Assembly (NCBI RefSeq): GCF_004010195.1
Contig: NC_057718.1
Span: 22,480,963-22,513,287 of the forward strand
Direction: 5' to 3'
DNA length: 32,325 nucleotides
Source of the DNA: Chiloscyllium plagiosum
Taxonomy: Eukaryota
Shown: positions 21,826 through 32,325 of the stretch, in pieces
Numbering within the stretch: the stretch's first letter is position 1
How the letters are laid out: every line of letters starts with the position of its first letter
Notes under the pieces: generated by a model
Database searches by the model: none
Seen by the model: only the letters and a program-made list of their open reading frames with translations
What the model was told of the DNA's origin: nothing
Position numbers and translations under genes: made by a program

Positions 21826-22276
21826 TATTTTCTGTCCAGCTCCTCTTCGTGCTGGTGTGACTGAAGTCAGAAGATTTGCTTGTGAGAAATTATTGGCACA
21901 AAGACAATGTTTCTGCGCATCTGACGCCCCAGGGCTTGATACAATATAGCTGTTCATTTTACAGCTTCGTGCAGACACAGGAATAAGTTGAATACGAGAA
22001 GAACTCATTTTGAGTGTTCATGAAGCTTCACAATTCAAAACAAAACTCTCCATACAAAGAACAGACATCACAAATAGGAGTAGGAGAAGTGCATTTGAGC
22101 TCTTCCACCACTCAGTGCAATCGTGGCTAACTATATTCCCGAATCACAATTTGACAATTTCTCTTCCCTTTCCAACGTGAAAACTAAGTAACTAGATGAA
22201 CACACGTGTGGCCTAATAGTCAAGGTTAAAATTTCTTTTTTAATTGTTCCTTCTTACTGTGTTTCTTTTGCCATAG

Positions 22277-22424
22277 GATGTCAAAAACAGAAGAAACCCC
22301 CGTCTGGTTCCTTATACCCTTTTGGATGAGCGCACCAAAAAATCCAACAAAGACAGTCTGCGTGAGGCAGTTCGCACACTTCTTGGCTATGGATATAATT
22401 TGGAGGCACCAGACCAGGACCATG
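22277..22424 (+). CDS. RYR2: Ryanodine receptor (RYR2-like) internal coding exon, 148 bp
   Basis: Acceptor tttcttttgccatag|GAT. Reads [49 protein letters not shown] plus 1 nt, with donor ATG|GTACAT. This frame is absent from the ORF track, which lists only an overlapping spurious frame. Confidence 0.93.
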
Positions 22425-23196
22425 GTACATCCCAACTCTTCCTATTCTCTTAGACCTTTTCTAAGATTTTGCCAAGTAGGTTATGGTTAAAGACTATTAG
22501 TTGTGTATTAGCAGTAGAAATTAATTGTTGAGTATTGGTATGTTTGATTAATTTTATTTTTAACGTAACTGTTGTTGCTTATTTCTTCACTCTTCCTGAA
22601 CTAAAGAAATGATGAGATCAGCAATCATGCCACTGCAATGTTCCCTCATGGGCTCAATTTTAGGAGATGCCCATAGAAATGATTTTTTTCCTCACCACCT
22701 AAGGGTCAACATGTACCATCCTCAGTAGGGTCAAACTGGCAAATTATAATGAGTGGAACTGAAAGCGAGAGCTAGCCACTGACTGATAACATCAATTTTT
22801 TTGCAAACTATGCAATAACTGTAAATTGGATCAAATTGACCAAATGTCAGATCTTCACTTAGGAACCTGTGGTGAAGTCAATTGCCCAGTATTGGTAGCT
22901 CCTTTTGATACAGGTTTGGCACTGATTGTACTGGCTCTGGTTCTAGTCCCAAGTCCAAAATCCAACTCAGTGATTTTTGTTTAGATTACTTTGCATATAA
23001 TGAAATACTTCCTGTTGTAGCAGGTTTATTTACTTTCTGAGTGCGAGATAAAGTAAAAGCTTCCTAACTGGTAAAATTAGGGAGTCAAATTGTAATTATA
23101 TCATGGTTGATAGTGAGTTTCAATGTGGATTGCCCTTTAATGGGGAGAATTAATTTCAAGGAAAACAATCCATTCGTATGTTTTATTTTCTTAATA

Positions 23197-23532
23197 TTTA
23201 GAATTCCTACAGTGTGGAAAAAGGCCCTTCGGCCCAACAAATCCACACCGCACCTCCAAAGAGTATCCCCCCAGACCCATTGCCCTACATATCCCCTGAC
23301 TAATGCACCTAATCTACACATTCCTGAACACTATGGGCAATTTAGCTTGGCCAATTCACCTAACCTGCACATCTTTGGATTGTGGGAGGAAACCAGAGCA
23401 CTCAGAGGAAACCCACCCAGACACAGGGAGAATGTGCAAACTCCACTTAGACAGTTGCCCAAGGCTGGAATCGAGCCCAGGTACCGGTGCTGTGAGGCAG
23501 CACTACTAACCACTGGACCATCGTGCAGCCCC
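23197..23532 (-). mobile_element. HE1/V-SINE type SINE
   Basis: Reverse complement of the 9121-9424 family, with A/B boxes at the right end (cgatggtccagtggttagtagtgctgcctcacagc...ggctcgattcc). Confidence 0.88.
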
Positions 23533-23571
23533 TGATGATTCTGCTGATGAGTTTAAATATTCATAAAATTA

Positions 23572-23695
23572 TAAAATCCCTGCAGTGTGGAAGCAGGCCA
23601 TTCAGCCCATGGAGTACACACTGAGTCTCCAAAGGGCATCCCATCCAGTCCCACCCCCCCACCCTATCCCTGTAACCTTGCATTTCCCATGCTAT
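23572..23695 (-). mobile_element. 5'-truncated HE1-like SINE tail
   Basis: aatccctgcagtgtggaagcaggccattcagccc...ccctatccctgtaacc resembles the SINE tail at 23200. Confidence 0.6.
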
Positions 23696-23764
23696 TAATG
23701 AGAATAATTATTTAGTAGTCTTATACAAAGGAATATAGGGACAGAACTAGATCTTTCAATACAT

Positions 23765-24720
23765 GATCATAAAAATTAGGGGCAGGATTAAGCCAACCAA
23801 CCCTTCCAGCCTTCTCTGCCATTCAATAAGATCATGTCTGATCTGATCGTGGCCTTAACTCCATTTTCCTGCCTTCCACCCATAACCCTTGAATCCCTCG
23901 CAGATCAAAAATCTGTCTAACTCAGGCCTTGCATATATTCAACGACTCAGCCTGCACAGGGAAGAGAATTGCAAATGGTTCACGTCAAGAAATTTCTCCT
24001 CAGCCCCATTGTAAATGAGAGATTCTTTATTTTGAAACTGCCCTGTTTGTAGATTCTCAAGGAAGGGAAACATTCTCTCAATACCAATACTGTACAACCC
24101 CCTCAGGATTTTATATGTTGGAACATCATCATTTTCATTCTTCTCAACTCCAAAGATTAAAAACCCAATTCACTCCTTTTATCCCAAGCCTATTCCACCA
24201 TTCAGTTTGAGTTTGGCTGATCTCTGCTTTGAACTCAATTTACTTACCTTTATTTCATACCAATTGATCACAAAAAGTGACAAAGATTGACCGGTCTTTG
24301 TCTTGAATATTTCATAGAACCAATACTCAAACCTTTTGGGGGAATTAATTCTATATTTCCAGTGTCCTTAGAGTGACTAAATGCTTTATGATTTTATTGT
24401 GCTCGCGCGATCGAAAGTTTCCCACCAAAGGAAACAATATCTGCCCAATTGAATCAGTTTGTTATTTTAAAATCTGATTTGATCACCCTGCAACCTTCTA
24501 AATTCAAGGAAATAAAGCCCCAGCTTATGCAACCGGTCCTCATCATTGAACCTCGTAAAACCAATATCATTACAGTGAATTGGGTGACACTCATTCGAAG
24601 GTCAGCATATCCTTCCTGAGTCCCAGCACCCAAAATAATATTCCAGCATTCTCCAGATTACACCAAGGCCAATTGTAACTGAGTCTTAACTTCTACCCCT
24701 TTATACTTAATTTCCTTTTG
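23765..24720 (-). mobile_element. Two adjacent old CR1-type 3' fragments
   Basis: cataaaaattaggggcagga...gccattcaataagatcatg and cctattccaccattcagtttgagtttggctgatc motifs, ending in cccagcacccaaaata...ctccag. Confidence 0.5.
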
Positions 24721-27289
24721 AAGTAAAGGTTTATACTACGATCACCATTATATGTGTACACTATGTATTAGTAACTTGTGTATGCAATAAGATCGAAATG
24801 AGAGAAGACAGTTTAAAAAGTGTCTTTTTTTTCAGTAGTAAGGAGAGCTGTATCAGTCAAAAATTACAGGAATGCTGATTTAAGTAGATTTAGTGTCTCC
24901 TATGTTTTTTATGGGTTTGGAGGCAAAAAAACCAAATGATTAAAATTGTAATAACTAAGGCTTAATACATAGTGGCACTGAAAAGTTCAAAAGTAAGCTG
25001 TGATAGAAAGAAATATCTTTTAGATCGGAACTGCTATATATAGTCCCTGAAAAGCACATTGCCACTGAAAAACAGCAGGGAGTAAGGTGTTTAAAAATAC
25101 ATATTAGTTGTTATGGACAGTAGAAGCATGCACCGTTTCTATAGCAACTTGTTTCTCTATCGTTAACTTAAGACGTTATTGTGCGCAAAAAGGAAGAATG
25201 CCTGTAATTGGAACTGCTGTGCTGATCTATTTGCAGAGTGGAGCCTGCTGTAACACAATAATTACACAATTTGTCAAATTTGATTCCAGCATATAAGAAC
25301 AGAGAATGCTGGAAATACACAGCAGGTCTGTGGAGAGAGAGAAAAACAGAGTTAACAGATGCGGTTTTAACTTACTCAAAACACTTGGAGTTAAAAGTCA
25401 AGCTTGACAACTCAGGTCGATCACCTTTGTGCTCATATTTGGATCCCATACGGGGTGAGAACAAGGTGGAAAGGGCCTCACGAATTGCAGAATAAAGGCG
25501 ACTGAAGATCACACTAAGAACTAAAGTGGGGTAGTATTGAGATTTTTAAGGGAGGATGTGGGCTACACACAGGGTGGAATTTAAGACCCTGAATGATTGG
25601 TTGTGAGGATGTGGGACAGGAAGGATCATGAACAGTAATTAATGCCCATTGTGGATTTTACCCCATTGGACATTGAGCATCTGAAGGGGACCATTAAGCA
25701 AACTCTAATGGAAGACAGAGGCTACTCAGAGCCAACTCCCTTTCTCTCATTGGAGTGTCCTGCCCTCCCACCAGCTGGTGGTGCCCTCTAGCGTAGGCTC
25801 CTCAACGATGGTTGGCCTCTCCCTGGTGCTTTTCTGGCAGCTCTGACTGCTTTCAGTCAATGGCACTGTTGGCAATGGAGAGCTGTTGGCAATGAAGAGC
25901 TGCCAACTTTTAATTAGCTGTCAGTCCTTATTATGCAGAATCTTTCTCCCTGGAGTCCTTGATCACAGGAAAGACCAAACGCTGGCTAGTTCAGTGTGTG
26001 AAGGGCACTTAATCCTGTCGACTCTTCCCAAAAAGAGGATGTGGTCCTCCTGGCAATCTTGCTATTGTCTGGCAAAGGCTCCTGCCATGAATAGTAAATT
26101 TGGTCCACAGCCAGGACTTGAAGTGAAGCAGGTCCACAAAAGGGAATCAGTCATGGCCGTCCTAGGAAATTACCTTGGATCCATAAAAGGGTGAACTGTT
26201 TTATGTCTTAGATTGCTTTTCTCAAATTACTTTCCTAAATGAAAGTGTCATTTTGATTCATGTCATTAGAAATTAGGACAGAGAGCAACGGACTTTGTTT
26301 AGCTGCTTAATGATGTATCAAAGTTAATCTTTGGCACCAGGAGTTTACTCAAATGCTTTCGGGAATCAAGGATGAATTTTCTACAGTTTATTTTCCTGAA
26401 ATTCAATGGACCCTTTTCTCTTTTGCTTCACCAGTCTCAGGAATTAAAGATGGGAGAAAATGTCTAATGCACAGGATGACCCTTGGTATAGCTGACAGAT
26501 TTTACCCACTTAACATACATTAACCATTAATGTACAGTAAGATCTGAAACTCCACAGGAATTCAAAACATACGTTTGAAACATATAAAATGTGACTTTTT
26601 ACAATTCTTTTATTTCAGTCTTTCAAAACTTATTCTCACTGGGTTAGGAATGCAGTCCACACAACTATCAACATTTAGTGAGTTCAGGAATGGTTGATTG
26701 CGAGATCTGACTAAATTGATTTTAATTTATTTCACAGGATCACTTCCTCCAGTTTCTTATAGCAGAATAACTTTCCAAGATGCTAATAGCAGGAAAGAAT
26801 TACATTGTTAGCATAGCAACTGAACTTGCACACACTCCATTTCATCAATAGAAGTGACATGATAGTATACGTGGCACATCATCTGCCAAAGTATTTCATT
26901 GGAGACTTCCTCTGGTTTAGCTTATGTTGGAAAATTATTCCTCAGCGTGCCTTATTGAAGTACTGATGAACTTAAGCATCCTGTCAGAGAATTTGTGTGG
27001 AAACAGCAAATCTGTGTTGCAACAAAAACAAGCTTGTTGAAGAATCAGTCAAATACTGTGATTCAACAAACATTTCTATGGGTAAACTCTTGAAGTAGAA
27101 CAATTAGAAGGGCTTTGGAGAAAAGAGAAGTCTAAGACCAACTGAGAGGTGCTTGCAGAGGACTGGCAAGGACATCATTTCAAGCCTCCTTCAGTTCTAT
27201 AGCATTCCATGATTCTATGACTTTCATTCTTCTGGGGACATGAGCCCCTGCCAGACCTGACCAGTTGTATTAGCTCAGTGTTTGTCAGA

Positions 27290-27530
27290 GCCATACCTCA
27301 ATGGTAGTTCTCTTGCCCCTGGGTGAGAAGGTTGTGCATTCACAGAACCAATCCAGAGCCACAGCTCTAAAAACAAGGCTGCCATTCCAATGCAGGACGA
27401 AAGGTGCTTGCAGTCAGGATGCTATTTTTGAGACTCCTTGCTTAACTCAGGGTTCATCTACCTTTTGGTTAAAGGTAAAAGATCCCATGAAGTTATTTTG
27501 AAGAAGAGCTGAGGAGTTGCTCCTAATGTC
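27290..27530 (+). mobile_element. SacSINE1/DeuSINE-like SINE, truncated by a LINE insertion
   Basis: tRNA-like head ctcaatggtagttctcttgcc...gaaggttgtg and Deu-domain-like gtaaaagatcccatgaagttattttgaagaagagctgaggagttg. Family name recognised from memory. Confidence 0.55.
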
Positions 27531-27935
27531 AAATTGAATTGAAATGAATTGAATTGAATTTATTGTCACATGTACCGAGGCACAGTGAAAAGCTTTGTCT
27601 TGTGAGCAATACAGGCAGATCACATCATTAAATAGCATAGATAAGTAAATAATAGGTAAACAGCAGCAAAAACAAAAACATAGGTACAGGTAAATGCTAA
27701 GAGTTTGTGAGTCCATTCAGCATTCTTACAATAGTAGGATAGAATCTATTTCAAAACCAGCTGGTGTGTGTGTTCAGGCTTCTGTACATTCTCCCTGATG
27801 GTAGAGGTTATAGAAAAACATTGCCAGGGTGGGATGGATCTTTGAGAATGCTGGCGGCCTTTCCTTGACGGCGGGCCTGGTAGATGGATTTTACAGATGG
27901 GAGGTTGGCCTTTGTGATTGTCCGGGCTGAGTTCA
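27531..27935 (-). mobile_element. Rex1/Babar-type LINE 3' end
   Basis: (AATTG)n tail at 27531-27560. The - strand encodes KAASILKDPSHPGNVFL*PLPSGRMYRSLNTHTSWF*NRFYP, typical of the Rex1/Babar ORF end. Confidence 0.75.
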
Positions 27936-27939
27936 TGAC

Positions 27940-28185
27940 AAATCTGATAATCCTCAACTCCACTTTCCTGCCTTTTCCCCATAACCCTCAGTTCTCTTAC
28001 TGACTAAAAGTCTGTCAGTCTCAGCTTTGAATATTCTTAATAACCTAGCCTTCATAGCCCTCTGTAGTAAACAATTCCACAGATTCACTGCATTCTGAGA
28101 GAAATAATTAAACCTGACCTCTGATTTAAATAGGTGAATGCTTCTTCTGAGATTACGCCCTTTGGCCCAAAACTATCGTACAAGG
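27940..28185 (-). mobile_element. CR1-type 3' fragment
   Basis: atctgataatcctcaactccactttcctgccttttccccataaccc...attccacagattcactgcattctgagagaaat. Confidence 0.6.
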
Positions 28186-28195
28186 ATAACTTGCA

Positions 28196-31100
28196 TTGTT
28201 AGGGGGACAGATAGGAGGTTCTGTGAGAACAAGAGAGACTCATGTTTGGTGTGTTACCTCTGAGGTGCCTCGGTTTGTGATGTCTTTGATTGTGTTTTTG
28301 GGATCCTCGCCGGGGAAGGGAGAGCAGCACCAAGTCGTGGTCCACATAGGCACCAACGACATAGGTAGGAAGAGAGATGGGGATTTAAAGCAGAAATTTA
28401 GGGAGCTAGGATGGAAGCTTAGAGCTCGAACAAACAGAGTTGTTATCTCTGGCTTGTTGCCCGTGCCACATGCTAGTGAAGCAAGGAATAGAGAGAGAGA
28501 GGAGTTGAACACGTGGCTACAGGGATAGTATCGGAGGAGGTCACCCTGTTGGATTCCTGAATAATTGGGGCTCTTTTTGGTGTAGGTGGGACCTCTACAA
28601 ACAGGATGATCTTCACTTGAACCAGAGGGGTACCAATATCCTGGGAGGGGAATTTGCTAATGCCCTTCGGATGGGTTTAAACTAGTTCAGCAGGGAGATG
28701 GGAACCAAAATTGTAGTTAGAGTATATGGGAGGATGAGAGTAGTGAAGTCAGAACTAAGATTTTAAGATCGCAGGAAGGCACCAGCAGGCAAGAAGTTGG
28801 TTTGAAGTGTGTCTTCTTCAATGCCAGGAGCATCCAGAATCAGATGGGTGAACTTGCAGCATGGGTTGGTACCTGGGATTTCGATGTTGTGGCCATTTCA
28901 GAGACATGGGTAGAGCAGGGAAGGAATGGTTATTGCAGGTTCCAGGATTTAGATGTTTTAGTAAGAACAGAGAAAATGGTAAAAGAGGAGGTGGTGTGGC
29001 ACTGTTAGTCAAGGACAGTATTACAGTTGCAGAAAGGACATTTGAGGACTCCTCTATTGAGGTAGTATGGGCTGAGATTAGAAACAGGAGGTCACCCTGT
29101 TGGAAGTTTCTATAGGACTCCAAATTGTTCCAGAGATGTCGAGGAAAGGATAGCAAAGATTATCCTCGATAGGAATGAGAGTGACAGGGTAGTTGTTATG
29201 GGGGACTTTAACTTTACAAATATTGACTGGGAATACTATAGTTCGAGTACTTTAGATGGCTCAGTTTTTGTCCAGTGTGTGCAGGAGGGTTTCCTGACAC
29301 AGTATGTAGACAGGCCAACAAGGGGTGAGGCCTCTTTAGATTTGGTACTGGGTAATAAGCCCAGCCAGATTTTGGATTTGGAGGTAGATGAGCACTTAGG
29401 TGAAAGTGACCAAAATTCGGTTATGTTTACTTTAGTGATACAGGCTTTTAGACTAGATGGGATTGAGGGTCACAAGGAAGAGGTGTTAGCAATTCTAGAA
29501 AGTGTAAAAACAGATAAGTTCCTTGGGCCGGATGGGATTTATCCTAGGATTCTCTGGGAGCCAGGGAGGAGATTGCCGAGCCTTTGGCTTTGATCTTTAT
29601 GTCATCATTGTCGACAGGCGTAGTGCCAGAAGACTGGAGATGAGCAAATGTTGTTCCCTTGTTGTGGAAGGGAAGTAGAGACAACCCTGGAAATTATAGA
29701 CCAGGGAGCCTTACTTCGGTTGTGGGTAGTATTGGAAAGGGTTATAAGAGGTAGGATTTATAATCATCTAGAGATGAGTAAGTTGATTAGGGATAGGCAA
29801 CACGGTTTTGTGAAGGGTAGATCATGCCTCACAAACCTTATTGAGTTCTTTGAGAAGGTGACCAATCAGGTGTTGAGGGTAAAGCAGTTGATGTGGTGTA
29901 TGTGGATTTCAGTAAGGTGTTTGATGAGGTTCCCCACGATAGGCTATTGCACAAAATACAGAGGCATGGGATTGAGGGTGATTTAGTGGTTTGGATCAGA
30001 AATTGCCTAGCTGCAAGAAGGGTGGTGGTTGATGGAAAATATTCATCCTGGAGTTCAGTTATTAATGGGGTACCACATGGATCTGTTTTGGGTCCACTGT
30101 TGTTTGTCATTTTTATAAACGACCTGGATGAGGGCGTAGAAGGGCGGGTTAATAAATTTGCAGACGACACTAAGGTCGGTAGAGTTGTGGATAGTGACGA
30201 AGGATGTTGTAGGTTACAGAGAGACATAGGCTGCAGAGCTAGGCTGAGAAGTGGCAAATGGAGTTTAATATGGAAAAGTGTGAGGTGATTCACTTTGGAA
30301 GGAGTAACAGGAATGCAGAGTACTGGGTTAATGGTAAGCTTCTTGGTAGTGTAGATGAGCAGAGAGATCTCGGTGTCCAGGTGCATAGATCCTTGAAAGT
30401 TGTGACCCAGGTTGACAGGGTTGTTAAGAAGGCATACGGTGTGTTAGCTTTTATTGGTAGAGGGATTGTGTTTTGGAATCATTAGATCATTCTGCAACTC
30501 TGGTGCGGCCACATTTCGAGTACTGCATACAGTTCTGGTCACCGCATTATGGGAAGAATGTGGAAGCTTTGGAAATGGTTTAGTTTAGATTCCCTACAGT
30601 ATGGAAACAGGCCTTTCGGCCCAACAAGACCACACTGACCCTCTGAAAAGTAACCCACCCAGACCTATTCCCCTACCCTATATTTACCCTTCACTAACGC
30701 ACCTAACACAATGGGCAATGTAGCACAGCCAATTCACCTGAACTGCACATCTTTGGACTATGGGAGGAAACCAGAGCAACCAGAGGAAACCCACGCAGAC
30801 ACGGGGAGAGTGTGTAAACTCCAGACAGACAGTCGCCTGAGAGAATGGAAGCCAGATGCCTGGTGCTGTGAGGCAGCAGTGCTAACCACTTAGCCACAGT
30901 GCCGCCACTCCCTCACCCCAAGGGATTCAGAGGAGATTTACTAGGATGTGGCCTGGTATGGAGCGAAGGTCTTACGAGGAAAGGCTGAGGGACTTGAGGC
31001 TGTTTTCGTTAGGGAGAAAAAGGTTGAAGGGCAACCTAATTGTGATATATAAGATAATCAGAGGGTTAGATAGGCTGGACAGGGAGAGCCTTTTTTCTCG

Positions 31101-31390
31101 GATGGTGATGGCTAGCATGAGGGCACATATCTTTAAAATGAGTGGTGATGGATATAGGGCAGATGTCAGAGGTATTTTCTTTACTCAAAGACTAGTAGGG
31201 GTGTGGAATGCACTGCCTGCAAAAGTAGTAGTCTCGCCAACTTTAAGGGCATTTAAATGGTCATTGGCTTGGTATATAGACAAAAATGGAATGGTGTAGG
31301 TTAGATGGGCTTCAGATTGCTTCACAGTTTTGGCGCAACATTGAGGGCTAAAGGGCCTGTACCACGCTGTAATGTTCTATGTTCTATGTC
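28196..31390 (+). mobile_element. CR1 LINE with SGNH-esterase ORF1 remnant and internally deleted ORF2
   Basis: ORF1: VVVHIGTNDIG...VVISGLLPVP...DLYKQDDLHLNQRGTNILG. ORF2: CVFFNARSI...VAISETW, MGDFNF, QHGFVKGRSCLTNL, GVPHGSVLGP, NKFADDTK. Tail tgtaatgttctatgttctatgt. Confidence 0.93.
30581..30906 (-). mobile_element. HE1/V-SINE type SINE nested in the CR1 ORF2
   Basis: tagattccctacagtatggaaacaggcc...gcagtgctaaccacttagccacagtgccgcc interrupts the LINE between ...ttggaaatggtt and cagaggagatttac.... Confidence 0.9.
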
Positions 31391-31585
31391 TGTATCCTTT
31401 TGGAGACTTTGTGTCACCCTCACAAATTGCCTTCCAATCTATTTTTGTGTCATCCACAAACTTGGCTATTGCACTTTCATTTTCGTCATCTAAATTGTTA
31501 ATACATTGTAAACAATTATTACTGCAGCACTCCACTCTCTGCCACTCTGAAAATGCTCCTCCCTTGTACCAACTGCTTGTCTACA

Positions 31586-31910
31586 TCATCAGGTGGTTGT
31601 GGAGCAGGACCAGAAGACACAGAATGTATAGCAAAAGGGTTACAGTGTCACGGAGTTGTAATGATATATTAAACAAACTTAGATTAAGATGCAAGACTTA
31701 ATCTAAGCTTGATTAATATATTATTACAACTCCATGACACTGTAACCCTTTTGCTATAAATTCTGTGTCGTATGGTCATGTTCCACAACCACTTGATGAA
31801 GAGGCAGCGCCTGGAAAGCTAGTGCTTCCGAATAAACCTGTTGGACTGTAACCTGGTGTGGTGTAATTTTTAACTCTGTCCATGCCAGTCCAACACTAGC
31901 ACCTCCAGAG
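31586..31910. mobile_element. Family-A fold-back element with a 103-bp-arm hairpin and decayed hammerhead
   Basis: 31586-31688 and 31697-31799 are inverted repeats around the loop ATGCAAGA. It continues cacTTGATGAagaggcagcgcctggaaagctagtgcttcc...aaacctgttggactgtaacc as in 2278-2366. Confidence 0.88.
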
Positions 31911-32127
31911 CATGTCTACAATTAGTTAGCCAATCCTCTCTCCATCCTAATACTCTACCCCTAATACCATGGGCTCTTATCTTGCTAAGATTCCCTATTT
32001 GTGCTACGTTATCAGCCACCTTTTTGAAATCCAAATATATATCTATTAGTTCTCCTTTATTCAGCCTGCTTATTACTTACTCAAAGAATTCTAATAAATT
32101 TGACCATGGTATCGTCACTGTTTCCTT

Positions 32128-32325
32128 TAGAGTCATAGAGATGTACAGCATGGAAAAAGACCCTTCGGTCCAACCCGTCCATGCCAACCAGATATCCCAA
32201 CCCAATCTAGTCCCACCTGCCAGCACCCGGCCCATATCTCTCCAAACCCTTCCTATTCATATACCCATCCAAATGCCTCTTAAATGTTGCAATTGTACCA
32301 GCCTCCACCACTTCCTCTGGCAGCT
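32128..32325 (-). mobile_element. CR1 LINE 3' end, same family as 16290-19332, running off the window
   Basis: Its reverse complement aligns colinearly with 19128-19325. Confidence 0.9.

Larger units (their letters stand above)
871..22276 (+). other. RYR2: 21.4-kb GC-AG intron of RYR2
   Basis: Starts GCAAGT and ends tttcttttgccatag. Joining 870 to 22277 gives the continuous peptide ...[17 protein letters not shown]..., and no other RyR-like coding sequence was seen in between. Confidence 0.88.

Noticed and set aside
22278..22490. 70-aa [11 protein letters not shown]...
   Set aside because: Wrong frame over the real RYR2 exon, which starts at 22277 with DVKNRR.
26715..26815. Acceptor-like tttatttcacag|GATC as the next RYR2 exon
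   Set aside because: The phase-1 reading gives no RyR-like peptide and hits a stop, with no good donor. The expected next exon (FRIFRAEKTY-like, SPRY2) was not seen in the window.
1..32325. Prokaryotic systems (CRISPR arrays, retrons, operons) and the remaining short ORFs
   Set aside because: The sequence is vertebrate intron DNA. No regularly spaced repeat-spacer array was seen, the RTs are non-LTR type, and the other short ORFs are antisense or alternative frames of repeats or chance ORFs.

Overview
Eukaryotic, repeat-rich genomic DNA, almost certainly from a shark (inferred from HE1-type and SacSINE-like SINEs and shark-type CR1 LINEs). The window lies inside a ryanodine receptor gene on the + strand, best matching cardiac RYR2. 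Two coding exons (711-870 and 22277-22424) encode the end of the first RyR-repeat (Repeat12) region and are joined by a 21.4-kb intron whose donor is GC rather than GT. The introns hold a complete hAT/Buster transposon with TIRs and an 8-bp TSD, several decayed CR1/L2/Rex1 LINEs, SINEs and two Penelope-like element (PLE) remnants. The most striking pattern is about 12 copies, from at least four sequence families, of short elements carrying a minimal hammerhead-ribozyme core (CUGANGA-x-stem II-GAAA-palindromic 4-mer-H). Many are fold-back palindromes, two have clear target-site duplications, and two families are physically attached to PLE coding remnants in this window. They look like non-autonomous, hammerhead-bearing PLE derivatives. 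All calls were made by eye, and repeat boundaries are approximate unless a TSD or TIR is given.
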